A stretch of 32,000 nt of DNA from Halomicronema hongdechloris C2206 (GTDB lineage: Bacteria > Cyanobacteriota > Cyanobacteriia > Phormidesmidales > Phormidesmidaceae). The position numbers and the translations under genes were made by a program. How positions within the stretch are numbered: the stretch's first letter is position 1; every line of letters begins with the position of its first letter. Under the pieces are notes generated by a model, which did no database searches, was not told where the DNA came from, and saw only the letters and a list, made by a program, of their open reading frames with translations. Below, one piece after another: positions 16,282 through 25,771 of this stretch. The stretch is taken from positions 720,001-752,000 of the forward strand of contig NZ_CP021983.2 of NCBI RefSeq assembly GCF_002075285.3. The letters are read 5' to 3'.

Positions 16282-18297
16282 ATGCGCAACTCGGCTTCTG
16301 TTGTAGAAGAATTACTGCGGACGATTCCTCAGCTGAGGGCTCAGCTTTATTTCAAGACGTCACTGACGGCGCTGTCTCATGCTATGGAAGATCAGGTCTT
16401 GGCAGGCACTGATCGACCGTTGGTCATTGCCAGCTTTCAGCAGGCCCGGTTCTATCGCCAAGAAGCAAATCGCTATCTGAGAATTGCTGATATTACCGAT
16501 CAAGTGTATGTGTTATCAGCTCGAGGCAGTGGTTTTGACCATTGCTCGAATGCCTATGAAACCATCGCCTTTGAAGCCGATGACAGTTTGACGCAGGAAT
16601 GGCATTTGGTGGTGATTGGCCAGGAGTATAGCGCCTGCTTGATTTGCCGGGAACGGTCTCCTGTGACGTTGGTAAATCGAGGCCCTGGATCACCGGCCTT
16701 GGAGCAAACTCGCCGATTTGAGGGAATTTGGACCCTAGATCGCCAGGTTGCTCAGCGGGCAGCCAATATGCTCTTAGCACGAATTAAGGGCTATCGCCCC
16801 GAGCTGGAAGCTAAGATTGCTCAGGCCCAGCAGCTGTGCTGTCAGCCGGGTGTGGCCATTACGGTGCCCTCGGATGGGTTTGGCTCAGATCCCTTTGCTC
16901 AGCGATTGGTGACGTATCTCCAGGCTGGGCAGTACAAGCTGTTGAAGGCCTATAAGGCCATGTCAGCTCAGGAGCGTCGGGAGCGTCTGGTCAACTCGAT
17001 CACCTCAGCAATTCGCCACTCTTTGGATCCGTCGGAAATTTTTCAAATTGCCGTGCGAGAGCTGGGACAGGTCTTGCAGGTGTGTCGATGTTTGATCTAT
17101 CGCTGTAGCCAAGATGGCGATCAGGTCACGATTCAGTATGAATATTTGCAGCCGTCGCTGCCGTCGTTGTTGGGAGAGCAGTGGCCGTTGGCGAATAATC
17201 CTCTGTTCCAGCGGGTGCAGCAACAGCAGCAGATGCTCGCGGTGGAGGATACGGCGGCAGCCGATGCCACTTTACGCCAGGATGTGCAGGCCCTGAAGGA
17301 GTTGATCCAGCGCTGGCGGATTCGCTCTTGGTTGATGGTGCCCTTAATCCATCAGCAGCGCCTATTGGGGATGATTGAGCTGCATCACTGCCAGGCGACG
17401 CCCCATAGCTGGAGTGAGGATGATAAGGCGCTAGTCGATGCGATCGCAACTCAGCTCAGCTTAGCCATCATCCAAGCCGAGGCCTATGCCCATTTGCAAG
17501 ACCTTAACCAGCAACTGGAAGATTTAGAGCGGACCCGTAGCAACCTAATCGCCATTACTGGCCATGAACTGCGCACACCGCTGTCCACGATTCAGGTGTG
17601 CTTAGAGAGCCTAGCCCATGAGCCTGATATGCCCCCAGAACTGAGTCAGGTCATGCTGCAGTCGGCCCTCGATGATGCCGAACGCATGCGCAAGTTGGTT
17701 CAAGACTTTCTCACCCTCTCTCGGCTGGAGAGTGGCCGCATTGAGTGGAATTTGGAATCGTTGTCCTTGCAGGAGTGTGTGGATTTAGCCCTCAGTAGTG
17801 TGCAGACTCACCATGGCCAGCAAGTCTGCGCCCAGATCGACGTCACCCTGCCAAAGACATTGCCGTTGGTGCGAGCCGACGGCGAATGGTTGGTAGAAGT
17901 ACTGGTGAAGCTCCTGGATAATGCCTGCAAGTTTACCAGTGAACGCGATCGCATCCTAATTCAGGCAACCCAACCGGATCCGGCCACAGTCCAAGTTACG
18001 GTGGCTGACACAGGCCGTGGCATCGAACCACAACGACTCGAGATCGTCTTCGACCGGTTCTATCAAGAAGAAGGTGCCCTCAGGCGAACCACCGGTGGTA
18101 CGGGATTAGGGCTAGCCATGTGTCGGCAAATCATAGAAGGGCTGGGTGGTCAGATCTGGGCTACCTCCGACGGCAAGGATCAAGGCAGTCAGTTCCACTT
18201 CACAGTGCCGGCAGCACAAGACAGCCTAGAGACAGAGTCGACTCGCCTAGGGCGACGGTCGCAATCCCCATCCCGCTCTAATCGGCGGCGTTCCTAG
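16282..18297 (+). CDS. Sensor histidine kinase with N-terminal DICT-like domain, GAF domain, HisKA and HATPase_c
   Basis: 671 aa. The N-terminal region LSHAMEDQVLAGTDRPLVIASFQQARFYRQEANRY resembles DICT. GAF: SLDPSEIFQIAVRELGQVLQVCRCLIY. H-box ITGHELRTPLSTI. N/G boxes LLDNACKFT, DTGRGI, GGTGLGLAM. Confidence 0.9.
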   Translation: MRNSASVVEELLRTIPQLRAQLYFKTSLTALSHAMEDQVLAGTDRPLVIASFQQARFYRQEANRYLRIADITDQVYVLSARGSGFDHCSNAYETIAFEADDSLTQEWHLVVIGQEYSACLICRERSPVTLVNRGPGSPALEQTRRFEGIWTLDRQVAQRAANMLLARIKGYRPELEAKIAQAQQLCCQPGVAITVPSDGFGSDPFAQRLVTYLQAGQYKLLKAYKAMSAQERRERLVNSITSAIRHSLDPSEIFQIAVRELGQVLQVCRCLIYRCSQDGDQVTIQYEYLQPSLPSLLGEQWPLANNPLFQRVQQQQQMLAVEDTAAADATLRQDVQALKELIQRWRIRSWLMVPLIHQQRLLGMIELHHCQATPHSWSEDDKALVDAIATQLSLAIIQAEAYAHLQDLNQQLEDLERTRSNLIAITGHELRTPLSTIQVCLESLAHEPDMPPELSQVMLQSALDDAERMRKLVQDFLTLSRLESGRIEWNLESLSLQECVDLALSSVQTHHGQQVCAQIDVTLPKTLPLVRADGEWLVEVLVKLLDNACKFTSERDRILIQATQPDPATVQVTVADTGRGIEPQRLEIVFDRFYQEEGALRRTTGGTGLGLAMCRQIIEGLGGQIWATSDGKDQGSQFHFTVPAAQDSLETESTRLGRRSQSPSRSNRRRS

Positions 18298-18426
18298 CCG
18301 CACGAGAATTCTCCTAGCTGCTGAGCTGGACAATGCCTCTCAGCGTGACGTTGCCCATGGCCTCGATAGACGCTTCAAACCCCCTCTAGGACTAACGTTT
18401 AGTGACGCAGGAAGGTGGCAGGTTCC

Positions 18427-18825
18427 ATGACTGGATTCATTCGCAAATTGTTTGGCGGCAAGCGGTCGTCAGAGCAGACGCAGTCTTCAGAACAAGGCCA
18501 AGGCAAGGCGGTTTTCCTGACCCCAGATGATGCCAAGACCTATGGCGATATCGATTACATGCGCAAGGCTAAGACGATCAAACGCACCTTTGCCCGCAAA
18601 AAAGGCGTGAGCGAAGAACTAGAAAGTGTGCGACAAATCTCGGCGATGAAGAGCGCGTCTTTGGATGCCAATAGTGTGCCCCAAGCCAAGCCTCAATCGC
18701 CAGCGATGAATGGGACAGATGATCAACAGGAATCGGTTCAGGCGGCTTACCGATTCGATCGGCGAGCGGCGGATAAGAGCCTAGATGCCTTTCGCGATAT
18801 GGCTCGCGACCTCAAGAAAAAGTGA
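18427..18825 (+). CDS. Hypothetical protein (132 aa, hydrophilic and basic)
   Basis: ATG 18427 lies 11 nt after AGGAAGG (18409-18415). The track start at 18415 is a GTG inside the SD. A terminator-like hairpin follows. No family recognised. Confidence 0.6.
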   Translation: MTGFIRKLFGGKRSSEQTQSSEQGQGKAVFLTPDDAKTYGDIDYMRKAKTIKRTFARKKGVSEELESVRQISAMKSASLDANSVPQAKPQSPAMNGTDDQQESVQAAYRFDRRAADKSLDAFRDMARDLKKK

Positions 18826-18850
18826 CTCCCATCGGGAGATCCACCCTCAT

Positions 18851-18878
18851 CCCCCGAGTATTTCCTTGGGGGATTTCT
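18851..18878 (+). terminator. Terminator-like hairpin after the 132-aa ORF
   Basis: cccccgag / cttggggg form 8 bp including one G-U. 6-nt loop, then ATTTCT. Confidence 0.4.
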
Positions 18879-18927
18879 AAAGGGTATAGTCAGCTAATGA
18901 GGTCGGTCGCATCACCGTCGCCTTGCC

Positions 18928-19428
18928 ATGTGGATTGAGACCCAACGCCTAGTTCTGCGTGACTTTCAACGGAAAGATCTGCCAGCACTCGCACGCATCC
19001 TTGCTAACCCAGAGGTCATGAAGTTCTCTCCCACAGGAATCCTGTCTGCGGCCCAGACGCAGGCAAAAATCGAACAATTTATGATCTCGTACCAGGCCGT
19101 TGGGTTTGGTAAGTGGGCAGTGATGCTCAGATCGAACCACACCTTAATTGGCTATTGTGGCATTGCCATAGAGACCATCGATGGCCAAGAGCAGCCCGAA
19201 CTCGGATATCGCCTCGATCCGACGATTTGGGGGCAAGGATTGGCCACTGAAGCCGCTGGGGCAGCGCTTGATGACGGCTTTCATCGCTGCCAGCTGCCTT
19301 ACCTACTCGGCCTGGTCGAGCGGGCAAACACGGCATCAGTGAGGGTATTGCAAAAGCTGGGGATGAGCTACGTCAAGGAAACGCTCTTCTATGGCCTGCA
19401 GATGGATCTCTATCGATTGAATCGCTAA
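18928..19428 (+). CDS. GNAT-family N-acetyltransferase (RimJ/RimL-like)
   Basis: N-terminal IETQRLVLRDFQRKDLPAL...NPEVMKF, and the acetyl-CoA loop region WGQGLATEAAGAALDDGF, as is typical of this subfamily. Confidence 0.85.
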   Translation: MWIETQRLVLRDFQRKDLPALARILANPEVMKFSPTGILSAAQTQAKIEQFMISYQAVGFGKWAVMLRSNHTLIGYCGIAIETIDGQEQPELGYRLDPTIWGQGLATEAAGAALDDGFHRCQLPYLLGLVERANTASVRVLQKLGMSYVKETLFYGLQMDLYRLNR

Positions 19429-19484
19429 ATCACAGCGACTTCTCAGCCATGACTCAGGGTGGCCGAGTATGACTAGAAATATCA

Positions 19485-19511
19485 CAACTGTCCCGATGCT
19501 GAGGACAGTTG
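19485..19511 (+). terminator. 9-bp hairpin after the GNAT gene
   Basis: caactgtcc / ggacagttg with a 9-nt loop. No U-tract. Confidence 0.3.
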
Positions 19512-19628
19512 CAGTTAGGCAGCGCCTGGTTTAGCTATGGGAGTAATTTCTAGGCCGCTGAGCGATCTGACAGGGACGCCATCCTCTCTACTGTCTTGGA
19601 AACTGTCTTTAATGGAGACGTCTGTATC

Positions 19629-20213
19629 ATGGGAAAATCCTCAACTCTGTTAAGCCTGTTAGGGTTAATCTTCCTGGCCGCCTGCAGTCAGCCAGCCCCC
19701 GATCTAGAGGCTGTGATCGAGACTCCAGAGGTCACTGAGACTGTAGAGGCCTCTGCGGACCCCGAAGCGATCTCATCCGAGACGCCTTCCCAAAATCCTT
19801 CCGAAGCCGCTTCTGCAGAACCTCCAGCCGTATTTGCTGACGATGGCATTGCCATTGCCGGGGCCGATCCGGTGGCCTATTTCACCCAGGGTCGCTATGT
19901 GCCTGGCCAGGCAGCCTTTAGCTATGATTGGGGCGGGGCCACCTGGCAATTTTCCACCGCTGAGCATCGGGATTTATTTATCGCTAACCCGGCCCAATAT
20001 GCCCCACAATACGGAGGCTTCTGTGCCTGGGCGCTGAGCCAAGGTTATACGGCCGGCATCGATCCCAATGCTTGGAAAATTGTAGATGGCAAGTTATATC
20101 TCAACTATGACCAGCGGATTCAGCGCCGTTGGAGCCAGGATGTGCCCGGCAATATCGCCAAGGCAGATCAAAACTGGCCAGGCGTCTTAGCGCAATCACC
20201 TCAGAGACAATAG
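19629..20213 (+). CDS. YHS-domain lipoprotein
   Basis: MGKSSTLLSLLGLIFLAAC carries a lipobox (L-A-A-C). A P/E/S-rich linker is followed by IAGADPVAYF...WQFSTAEHRDLFIANPAQYAPQYGGFCAW...GKLYLNY, typical of YHS-domain proteins. The track start at 19596 is also possible. Confidence 0.75.
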   Translation: MGKSSTLLSLLGLIFLAACSQPAPDLEAVIETPEVTETVEASADPEAISSETPSQNPSEAASAEPPAVFADDGIAIAGADPVAYFTQGRYVPGQAAFSYDWGGATWQFSTAEHRDLFIANPAQYAPQYGGFCAWALSQGYTAGIDPNAWKIVDGKLYLNYDQRIQRRWSQDVPGNIAKADQNWPGVLAQSPQRQ

Positions 20214-21202
20214 CGATCGCGCCCCTGTTGCTTGGCGATATACAAGGCTTGATCAGCCTGTTCAATCAAGGACTGGGCTGATTTTTCGGGAGTAGGAATT
20301 GCACAGGCGATCCCGAGGCTGAGGGTGATGTGCTGGGCAATCGGGGAGGTCTCGTGGGGAATCTGCAGCTGGGCGATGGCGGCTTGAATGGTTTCGGCCA
20401 CTTGGATGGCACCACTTTGATTGGTTTGGGGCAGCACTAGGGCAAATTCTTCGCCACCATAGCGGGCCACTAAATCGGCGGGGCGCTTGGCTACCTGGTC
20501 TAAGACCTGGGCGATGCGCACTAGGCACACATCACCAGTGGGGTGGCCATAGGTATCGTTATAGAGTTTGAAATAGTCAATGTCACACAGAATCAGGCTT
20601 AAGGGACCCTGTTCTCGGGCCAAGCGCCCCCATTCCCGCTGCAGATACGTGTCGAAACGACGGCGATTGGCCACTTGGGTCAGGCCATCGTGGCTGGCTA
20701 AATAGGCTAAGTGTCGATTCGCCGATTGTACCTGTTCGTAGAGTTGAGACTGTTGAATGGCGATGGCAATTTGCAGCGATAGTTGCTGCAGTAATTTGAT
20801 CTCCCAGGATTGCCAAGTGTGAGGGCTACAGTGGTGGGCAATGAGTAATCCCCAGAGATAAGAAGAGGATACGCCCATATCGGCCCATGTCTGGGTGCCA
20901 TCGGAGGGGTAGATGTCTTGCACGATGGGAACGATCAACTTGGCTTTGATGCCCAGTTGCCTCGAGAACTCCACCAAGCATGGGATCAGGTCGCTGGCTT
21001 CGATGTCGTCAATGGCGCCGATTTTGCCCTTGATGTAGGCATCGTGACAGTCTTGGGAAAATACATCAGCTGAGTAGGTTGCGCCCAAGATTGAGGCGCA
21101 CTCAGCAGCAGTATCTTCGGCGATGACGCTGCCAGTACCGTCCTGAAAGAGGCGGTAGATCAGCACCCGATCGACTTGAAGAAACTGACGCACTTCGATC
21201 AC
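20201..21202 (-). CDS. C-terminal fragment of the split diguanylate cyclase (GAF-GGDEF)
   Basis: 333-aa ORF. The GGDEF domain has DGLTQVANRRRFD, an active-site GGEEF, and RPAD (RxxD I-site) five residues upstream of it. The listed GTG start falls inside a GAF domain, so it is not a natural N-terminus. Confidence 0.7.
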   Translation of the reverse strand: MIEVRQFLQVDRVLIYRLFQDGTGSVIAEDTAAECASILGATYSADVFSQDCHDAYIKGKIGAIDDIEASDLIPCLVEFSRQLGIKAKLIVPIVQDIYPSDGTQTWADMGVSSSYLWGLLIAHHCSPHTWQSWEIKLLQQLSLQIAIAIQQSQLYEQVQSANRHLAYLASHDGLTQVANRRRFDTYLQREWGRLAREQGPLSLILCDIDYFKLYNDTYGHPTGDVCLVRIAQVLDQVAKRPADLVARYGGEEFALVLPQTNQSGAIQVAETIQAAIAQLQIPHETSPIAQHITLSLGIACAIPTPEKSAQSLIEQADQALYIAKQQGRDRYCL

Positions 21203-23147
21203 GGTGGTGTTGAGAATGTCGTCTAGATCTAAACTTTGCCGAATCCGTTGGGTGATCTGGCTGAAGCAGGCGTTCTCGCTGGGCTCGGCGCTTTAGGGTA
21301 GCAATTTCCGAGTGTCTCAGCTCGGTGATATCGGTAAATGAGACCACCACGGCATAAGGGCGTGAGTCACCAGGATGCGACAACGGCTGGGTATTACTGG
21401 ACACCCAGACAGTGCTGCCATCTGGCCTGAGAATGCCATTCACGACATTGGTGTTGGGATGGCCAGTGCGGAAGGTCTTGACAATCGAGTAGTCGTCGAA
21501 GGAGCGGGGGGAGCCGTCTGCGGCGATCACCTGTAGCCCCAGCTGGGCTAGGTTGCGGTCGATGACGTCCTCAGGCTGTATCCCTAGTATTGTGGCGGCA
21601 CTGGCATTGCAGGCGGTAATGGTGCCGTCGGCCTGCACGACGACAACCCCTTCTGATAGGGCCGAGATGACGGAGCGATAGCGGCTCTCGCTAGCCTGTA
21701 AGTCCTGCAGCAAGGTATTTTTAGCCTCGAATTCAGAGGCAAGATGCAGGCTAGCGGCTAAGAAACCGGCCATGATTTGTAAGGTTTGGATGTCGGATTC
21801 CTTAAAGGCAGAGGGGGAGCCGGAGAATACCTTTAAAATCCCCATCCGGTTGGCTTGATAAATCAAGGGCACCACCACCATCGAGCGTAGTCCCATGCGA
21901 CGACAGGCCGCCCGATCGACCCGAGGGTCTGTCTCGGCGTCATCACACTGGAGAAGGGTGCCGTTGGTCAGACACTGACCAGAGAGACTGTGGGCGATGT
22001 CTAAGCGCAAGCCAATATGGGGCTGGGCTAACCCTGTGGCGGCTCGATAGACCAGGTGATTCCCGTCCTCTAGTTCCACTACGGCACCGTCGGCGTGGGT
22101 TAGTTGCTGGGCCCGCTCTGTGATCACGGCCATGACGGCATCTAGATGGGGCGACTGCATGGCCACGTCTTGCTGCAGGGCAATGAGAGCCGAAAGCCTC
22201 TGAAATTCTTGTCTTAGGGTCGCTTCTGCTTGTTTGCGATCGCTAATGTCTACTAACAAACCGTCCCAGGCCTCTCCCTCGAGTGTCCGTTGGGCTTGAG
22301 AGCGTCCCTGGATCCATTTCAGCCGTCCTGATGGGGTGATGATGCGCCCCTGCCAAGACCAGGGCCTGAAGCATTCGATGGCATGGGTGAGAGACGCCTC
22401 AAAGGTGTCTACGTCCTCAGGATGGATGAGGTCGATGACGGTATCGGCATCTGCCAGGATAGCCGCGGGAGCCAGTTCCAACAGATCTCGAGCCTGGGGG
22501 CTGACGAAGGTGAAGCGATGGGGGCGAGGGCCGGTCTGGGGATAGTAGCGATAGACCATGCCCGGCATATTCATCACTAGGGCCTGAAGCTGGGGGAGGA
22601 GGGAGTCGGGGGTGGGTTGGGCCGGCTGGGTGACTCGCCGTTGGTCTAAGGCATCCATGGTGATGGCGGCTAGATCCCGCAGGGTGGCTCTGTCGTCTGC
22701 GGCTAGAGTGCGGGGATGCTCGTCCAGGAGGCAGAGGACTCCCAGAGAATAGCCATCTGGGGTTTTAAGGGGGGCGGCAGCGTAGAAGCGCATGCCCAAT
22801 TCCTCGGTTATCCAGGGGTTGGCCAGGCAGGCGGGGAGTTGCCGAGTATCGGTAACAGTGTAGATATCGTCCGATTGCAGGGCGGCGTCCCAGAGGGGGG
22901 CGCGGTCAGTGTGTTGGGGATCTAGGCCCTGGTGGGCTATGAACCGGATGCGATCGCATCCCACAAAACCGATCAGTGCTACCGGCACCGAGAAAAGGCG
23001 CACCGCCAGGGTAGTAATCCGATCAAACGCTTCGTCTGGCGGGGTGTTCAGAATTGGATAATGCCGTAATTCAGCGAGTCGGTCGGACTCACTGCTAGCC
23101 TCAACAGAGGCATCTCCTCGATACGCGTTATGGTTGGGCTGATTCAC
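21102..23147 (-). CDS. N-terminal fragment of the split diguanylate cyclase (GAF-PAS-GAF-PAS)
   Basis: ORF of 681 aa. GAF: ILNTPPDEAFDRITTLAVRLFSVPVALIGFV...RFYAAAPL. PAS: MPGMVYRY...IHPEDV...DISDRKQAE. Second GAF and PAS follow (SESRYRSVISALSEGVVVV). The last ~45 codons are out-of-frame read-through. Confidence 0.7.
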   Translation of the reverse strand: MNQPNHNAYRGDASVEASSESDRLAELRHYPILNTPPDEAFDRITTLAVRLFSVPVALIGFVGCDRIRFIAHQGLDPQHTDRAPLWDAALQSDDIYTVTDTRQLPACLANPWITEELGMRFYAAAPLKTPDGYSLGVLCLLDEHPRTLAADDRATLRDLAAITMDALDQRRVTQPAQPTPDSLLPQLQALVMNMPGMVYRYYPQTGPRPHRFTFVSPQARDLLELAPAAILADADTVIDLIHPEDVDTFEASLTHAIECFRPWSWQGRIITPSGRLKWIQGRSQAQRTLEGEAWDGLLVDISDRKQAEATLRQEFQRLSALIALQQDVAMQSPHLDAVMAVITERAQQLTHADGAVVELEDGNHLVYRAATGLAQPHIGLRLDIAHSLSGQCLTNGTLLQCDDAETDPRVDRAACRRMGLRSMVVVPLIYQANRMGILKVFSGSPSAFKESDIQTLQIMAGFLAASLHLASEFEAKNTLLQDLQASESRYRSVISALSEGVVVVQADGTITACNASAATILGIQPEDVIDRNLAQLGLQVIAADGSPRSFDDYSIVKTFRTGHPNTNVVNGILRPDGSTVWVSSNTQPLSHPGDSRPYAVVVSFTDITELRHSEIATLKRRAQRERLLQPDHPTDSAKFRSRRHSQHHRDRSASVSSSRSGADLPPLSGRYWQRHRRRYCC

Positions 23148-23726
23148 TGATATACCTGCTGGTCATCGCCTGGGCAGGAACCATACCCAACCCTAGATGG
23201 TGTCTTCGGCAGCCCCCACTGCTCTTGGCTGAAGCTGTGAATAGTTTGGACCGATACTAGTAGCGACGACATGACGTCAAACGGCCTCAAGCGAGTTGCT
23301 AACCCTGGGAATGCCCGACAAACAAACATGGATGCTAAGTGCGCTATCCTAAGGAGATGTTGAGCATGAGATATTCCTAGGATACCCATAGGTTTCGTTG
23401 GATCTGCCATGGATAATGCCGCCAATAATGTAAATTACCGCTCGATCACGTCGTTGCTGTTGCTAATCGCCCTTCGCTGTAAGCAAGCCTTGTCCCTGGC
23501 ACATGATGAGAGGGTCGGTTGAGTTATCTGGAGATCTTCAGAGGAGCTTGTCCATGAGGCATATTACTAACAGAATTCCGGACAGACAGAGACAGTCTAA
23601 ACTTAAGATCGGCTAGGGTGCAATCAAAGAGGCTGTTAACATCAGCGTAGCCTCTTTAAGGAAGCTAATGAGTTGGGATAGATACGCTTTGCTTAAGCAT
23701 TGAGCTTGTTAAACTGGGGCTGAAGG

Positions 23727-24917
23727 ATGAGAGATTTAGGACAGTCTCTGGCAGAGAAAATCGATCAGGTTGTAGAGAACTGGATTAACTCTGTTCATCA
23801 AGATACTGAGATTGAAAGTACCCGCAAGTTAACCCATCAGGCGATCAGAAATAGCTTGCCAGAAGTGCTGCAGGAATTAGCCAATTTGTTGTCCCATCAT
23901 CAGCTTCATGATGGGGAAAGATTGGAGCGGCGAAGCTTGTATCATGGCTCTATGCGAGCTCAGCAGGGCTATGATACTGCCGAGATTGTACGGGAATATC
24001 GACTGCTGAGGCAAACGGTCTTATTGGCATTAGACCCGGATTTATTAACCGGTTCCCCGGCCGAAATTTTAAGTGCAATACGTACCATCGATGATGTGTT
24101 AGATGAGATTATTTCGGCTAGCCTAGAAAGTTATATTGAGTCTCGCTTGACGGAGCTTAGGCAGATACAAGGCCAGTTAACCCTGACTAACCAAGAGTTA
24201 ATTCGTCTGGTCAAGGCTCAAAAAGAGAGTCTGTCTTTCATGGCCCATGAGCTCAAGAATCCCTTGAACTCGATTATTGGCCATTCCAGTTTGCTGCTGC
24301 GGCAACAGCGCAAGAAACTGAAGGGCAAGGATGTGACCACCAACTTGGATGGCCTAGAAAGGGTGTTGAGGAATGGCCGCAGGTTACTGCAAATCATTAA
24401 CGACACGTTGGAAATCTCTCGGTATAACGAAGGGCAAGTTCAGCTTAATTTAGAACCTGTCAACGTGGGTGAATTGATCCAAGAAATCATTGAAGATGCC
24501 CTAGAACCCCTGGCGGTAGAAAAAAACTTGAACTTGGCGGTTGATATGGCAGATGCTCCTAAGGAGGTGCTGACCGATTCGCTACGGTTGCAGCAAATTG
24601 TCACCAATCTGGTGGCCAATGCAATTCATTACACGGATGAGGGTAGGGTCAGAATTGCCTGCCGTTCCCTAGAATCTGATGGGTGGCAGATCACGGTGGC
24701 GGATACCGGCATCGGTATCTCAGCAGCCGATCGAGCCCGCATTTTTGATCCCTACGTTCAGGCCAAGCCGTCTCCCCAGGCAGAAGGCAGTGCCGGATTA
24801 GGGCTGGCTATCGTACAACGCATCGTCACGCTGATGAATGGCACTATTGAGGTCACCTCTGAGGTGGGGCAGGGATCTGTGTTTACGGTGACACTGCCAC
24901 TGCTGCAACCTGAGTAG
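23727..24917 (+). CDS. Cytoplasmic sensor histidine kinase (N-terminal helical sensor resembling RsbRD_N, HisKA, HATPase_c)
   Basis: H-box FMAHELKNPLNSI. N box NLVANAIHYT. G boxes DTGIGI and GSAGLGLAIV. No TM segments. Confidence 0.9.
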   Translation: MRDLGQSLAEKIDQVVENWINSVHQDTEIESTRKLTHQAIRNSLPEVLQELANLLSHHQLHDGERLERRSLYHGSMRAQQGYDTAEIVREYRLLRQTVLLALDPDLLTGSPAEILSAIRTIDDVLDEIISASLESYIESRLTELRQIQGQLTLTNQELIRLVKAQKESLSFMAHELKNPLNSIIGHSSLLLRQQRKKLKGKDVTTNLDGLERVLRNGRRLLQIINDTLEISRYNEGQVQLNLEPVNVGELIQEIIEDALEPLAVEKNLNLAVDMADAPKEVLTDSLRLQQIVTNLVANAIHYTDEGRVRIACRSLESDGWQITVADTGIGISAADRARIFDPYVQAKPSPQAEGSAGLGLAIVQRIVTLMNGTIEVTSEVGQGSVFTVTLPLLQPE

Positions 24918-25054
24918 ACGCGACTGAACCCTATCGCCCAGGCATCCTGGGGCCATCCTTGGGCTTAGGGTAGCCGCCTGAGGCAGGTGGATGTGTGGTG
25001 GCTGACGGCATTGCAGCAAGGGTCAGGGGATAATGGGGTCGGTTCAATGGCACG

Positions 25055-25522
25055 ATGACTGAGCCGGTGAGGAGGTCCATGGGTAATCCGCCAGTCGAAG
25101 TTGCGATCGCAGTGCTCTATCAACAGGGGCGCTTTTTATTACAGCTGCGAGATAACATCCCCAACATTCTATATCCAGGCTATTGGGCCTTCTTTGGCGG
25201 CCACTTAGAGCCGGGCGAAGACGCTTTCACCGGGGTGAAGCGGGAATTACTAGAAGAGATTGGCTATGCCCCTCCTCGCCTAGATCTATTCCAGCGGCGC
25301 ATGTCAAACACCATTATCCGCAACGTCTTTCACGGCCCTCTCACCGTCCCCGTCGAGTCACTGCAGCTGAACGAAGGCTGGGATTTAGGGCTCTGCAGCA
25401 TTGCAGATGTTCGACGTGGAGCTTGCTACTCTCCCAAAGCTCAAGAGGAGCGTCCCCTGGGGCCCCCCCACCAAGAGATTTTGCTGATGTTCCTAGAACA
25501 CTACCCGTCCTTTGATACCTGA
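25055..25522 (+). CDS. NUDIX hydrolase
   Basis: Nudix box GGHLEPGEDAFTGVKRELLEEIGY matches GX5EX7REUXEEXGU. Alternative start ATG 25079, just after GGAGG. Confidence 0.85.
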   Translation: MTEPVRRSMGNPPVEVAIAVLYQQGRFLLQLRDNIPNILYPGYWAFFGGHLEPGEDAFTGVKRELLEEIGYAPPRLDLFQRRMSNTIIRNVFHGPLTVPVESLQLNEGWDLGLCSIADVRRGACYSPKAQEERPLGPPHQEILLMFLEHYPSFDT

Positions 25523-25526
25523 TCGA

Positions 25527-25575
25527 GTGAAGGGTGAAGAGCTTGCCCTGAGCGCAGTCGAAGGGTGAAGGGTGA
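25527..25575. repeat. (GTGAAGG)-type heptamers flanking a second copy of the core element (TTGCCCTGAGCGCAGTCGAAGG, 25543-25564)
   Basis: gtgaagg gtgaaga gc [core] gtgaagg gtga. Partial inverse copies (tcaccc ... cttcacttc) lie at ~25611-25635. Confidence 0.8.
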
Positions 25576-25771
25576 TTCGTTGTACTCGTTACTCGTCACT
25601 GGTGACTCGTCACCCGTTATTCTTCACTTCTCCCACGTGGAACCAAAATTCATGCCTTGGATAGAGGCGGAAATTCAAGTCGACCCAGTTTAATGGGGCT
25701 GTCTTAAATTGTGCCAGGAGTGATCGTCGCGCCGACGAGACGCGCAGACGATCTAATAGTCCTGGAGCAGG

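Larger units (their letters stand above)
20201..23147 (-). pseudogene. GAF-PAS-GAF-PAS-GAF-GGDEF diguanylate cyclase interrupted by one +1 frameshift near 21259-21292. Either a pseudogene or an assembly error.
   Basis: The upstream frame reads sensibly to ...FTDITELRHSEIATLKRRAQRERLL and then degenerates to an R/S/H-rich tail ending at 21102. The next frame is open from 21292 and reads SQITQRIRQSLDLDDILNTTVIEVRQFLQVDRVLIY, a standard GAF N-terminus that normally follows ...ERLL directly. Confidence 0.75.

Noticed and set aside
23354-23380. SD-like AAGGAG followed by tiny ORFs (MLSMRYS or MRYS) inside an inverted repeat
   Set aside because: At 4-7 codons and a single occurrence, with no conservation information, this cannot be distinguished from chance.
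23144-23425. 93-aa minus-strand ORF just upstream of the diguanylate cyclase gene
   Set aside because: No recognisable motif, no SD, and an odd composition. It sits in an AT-rich intergenic region and may simply be the promoter or leader of the cyclase gene. Left unannotated.
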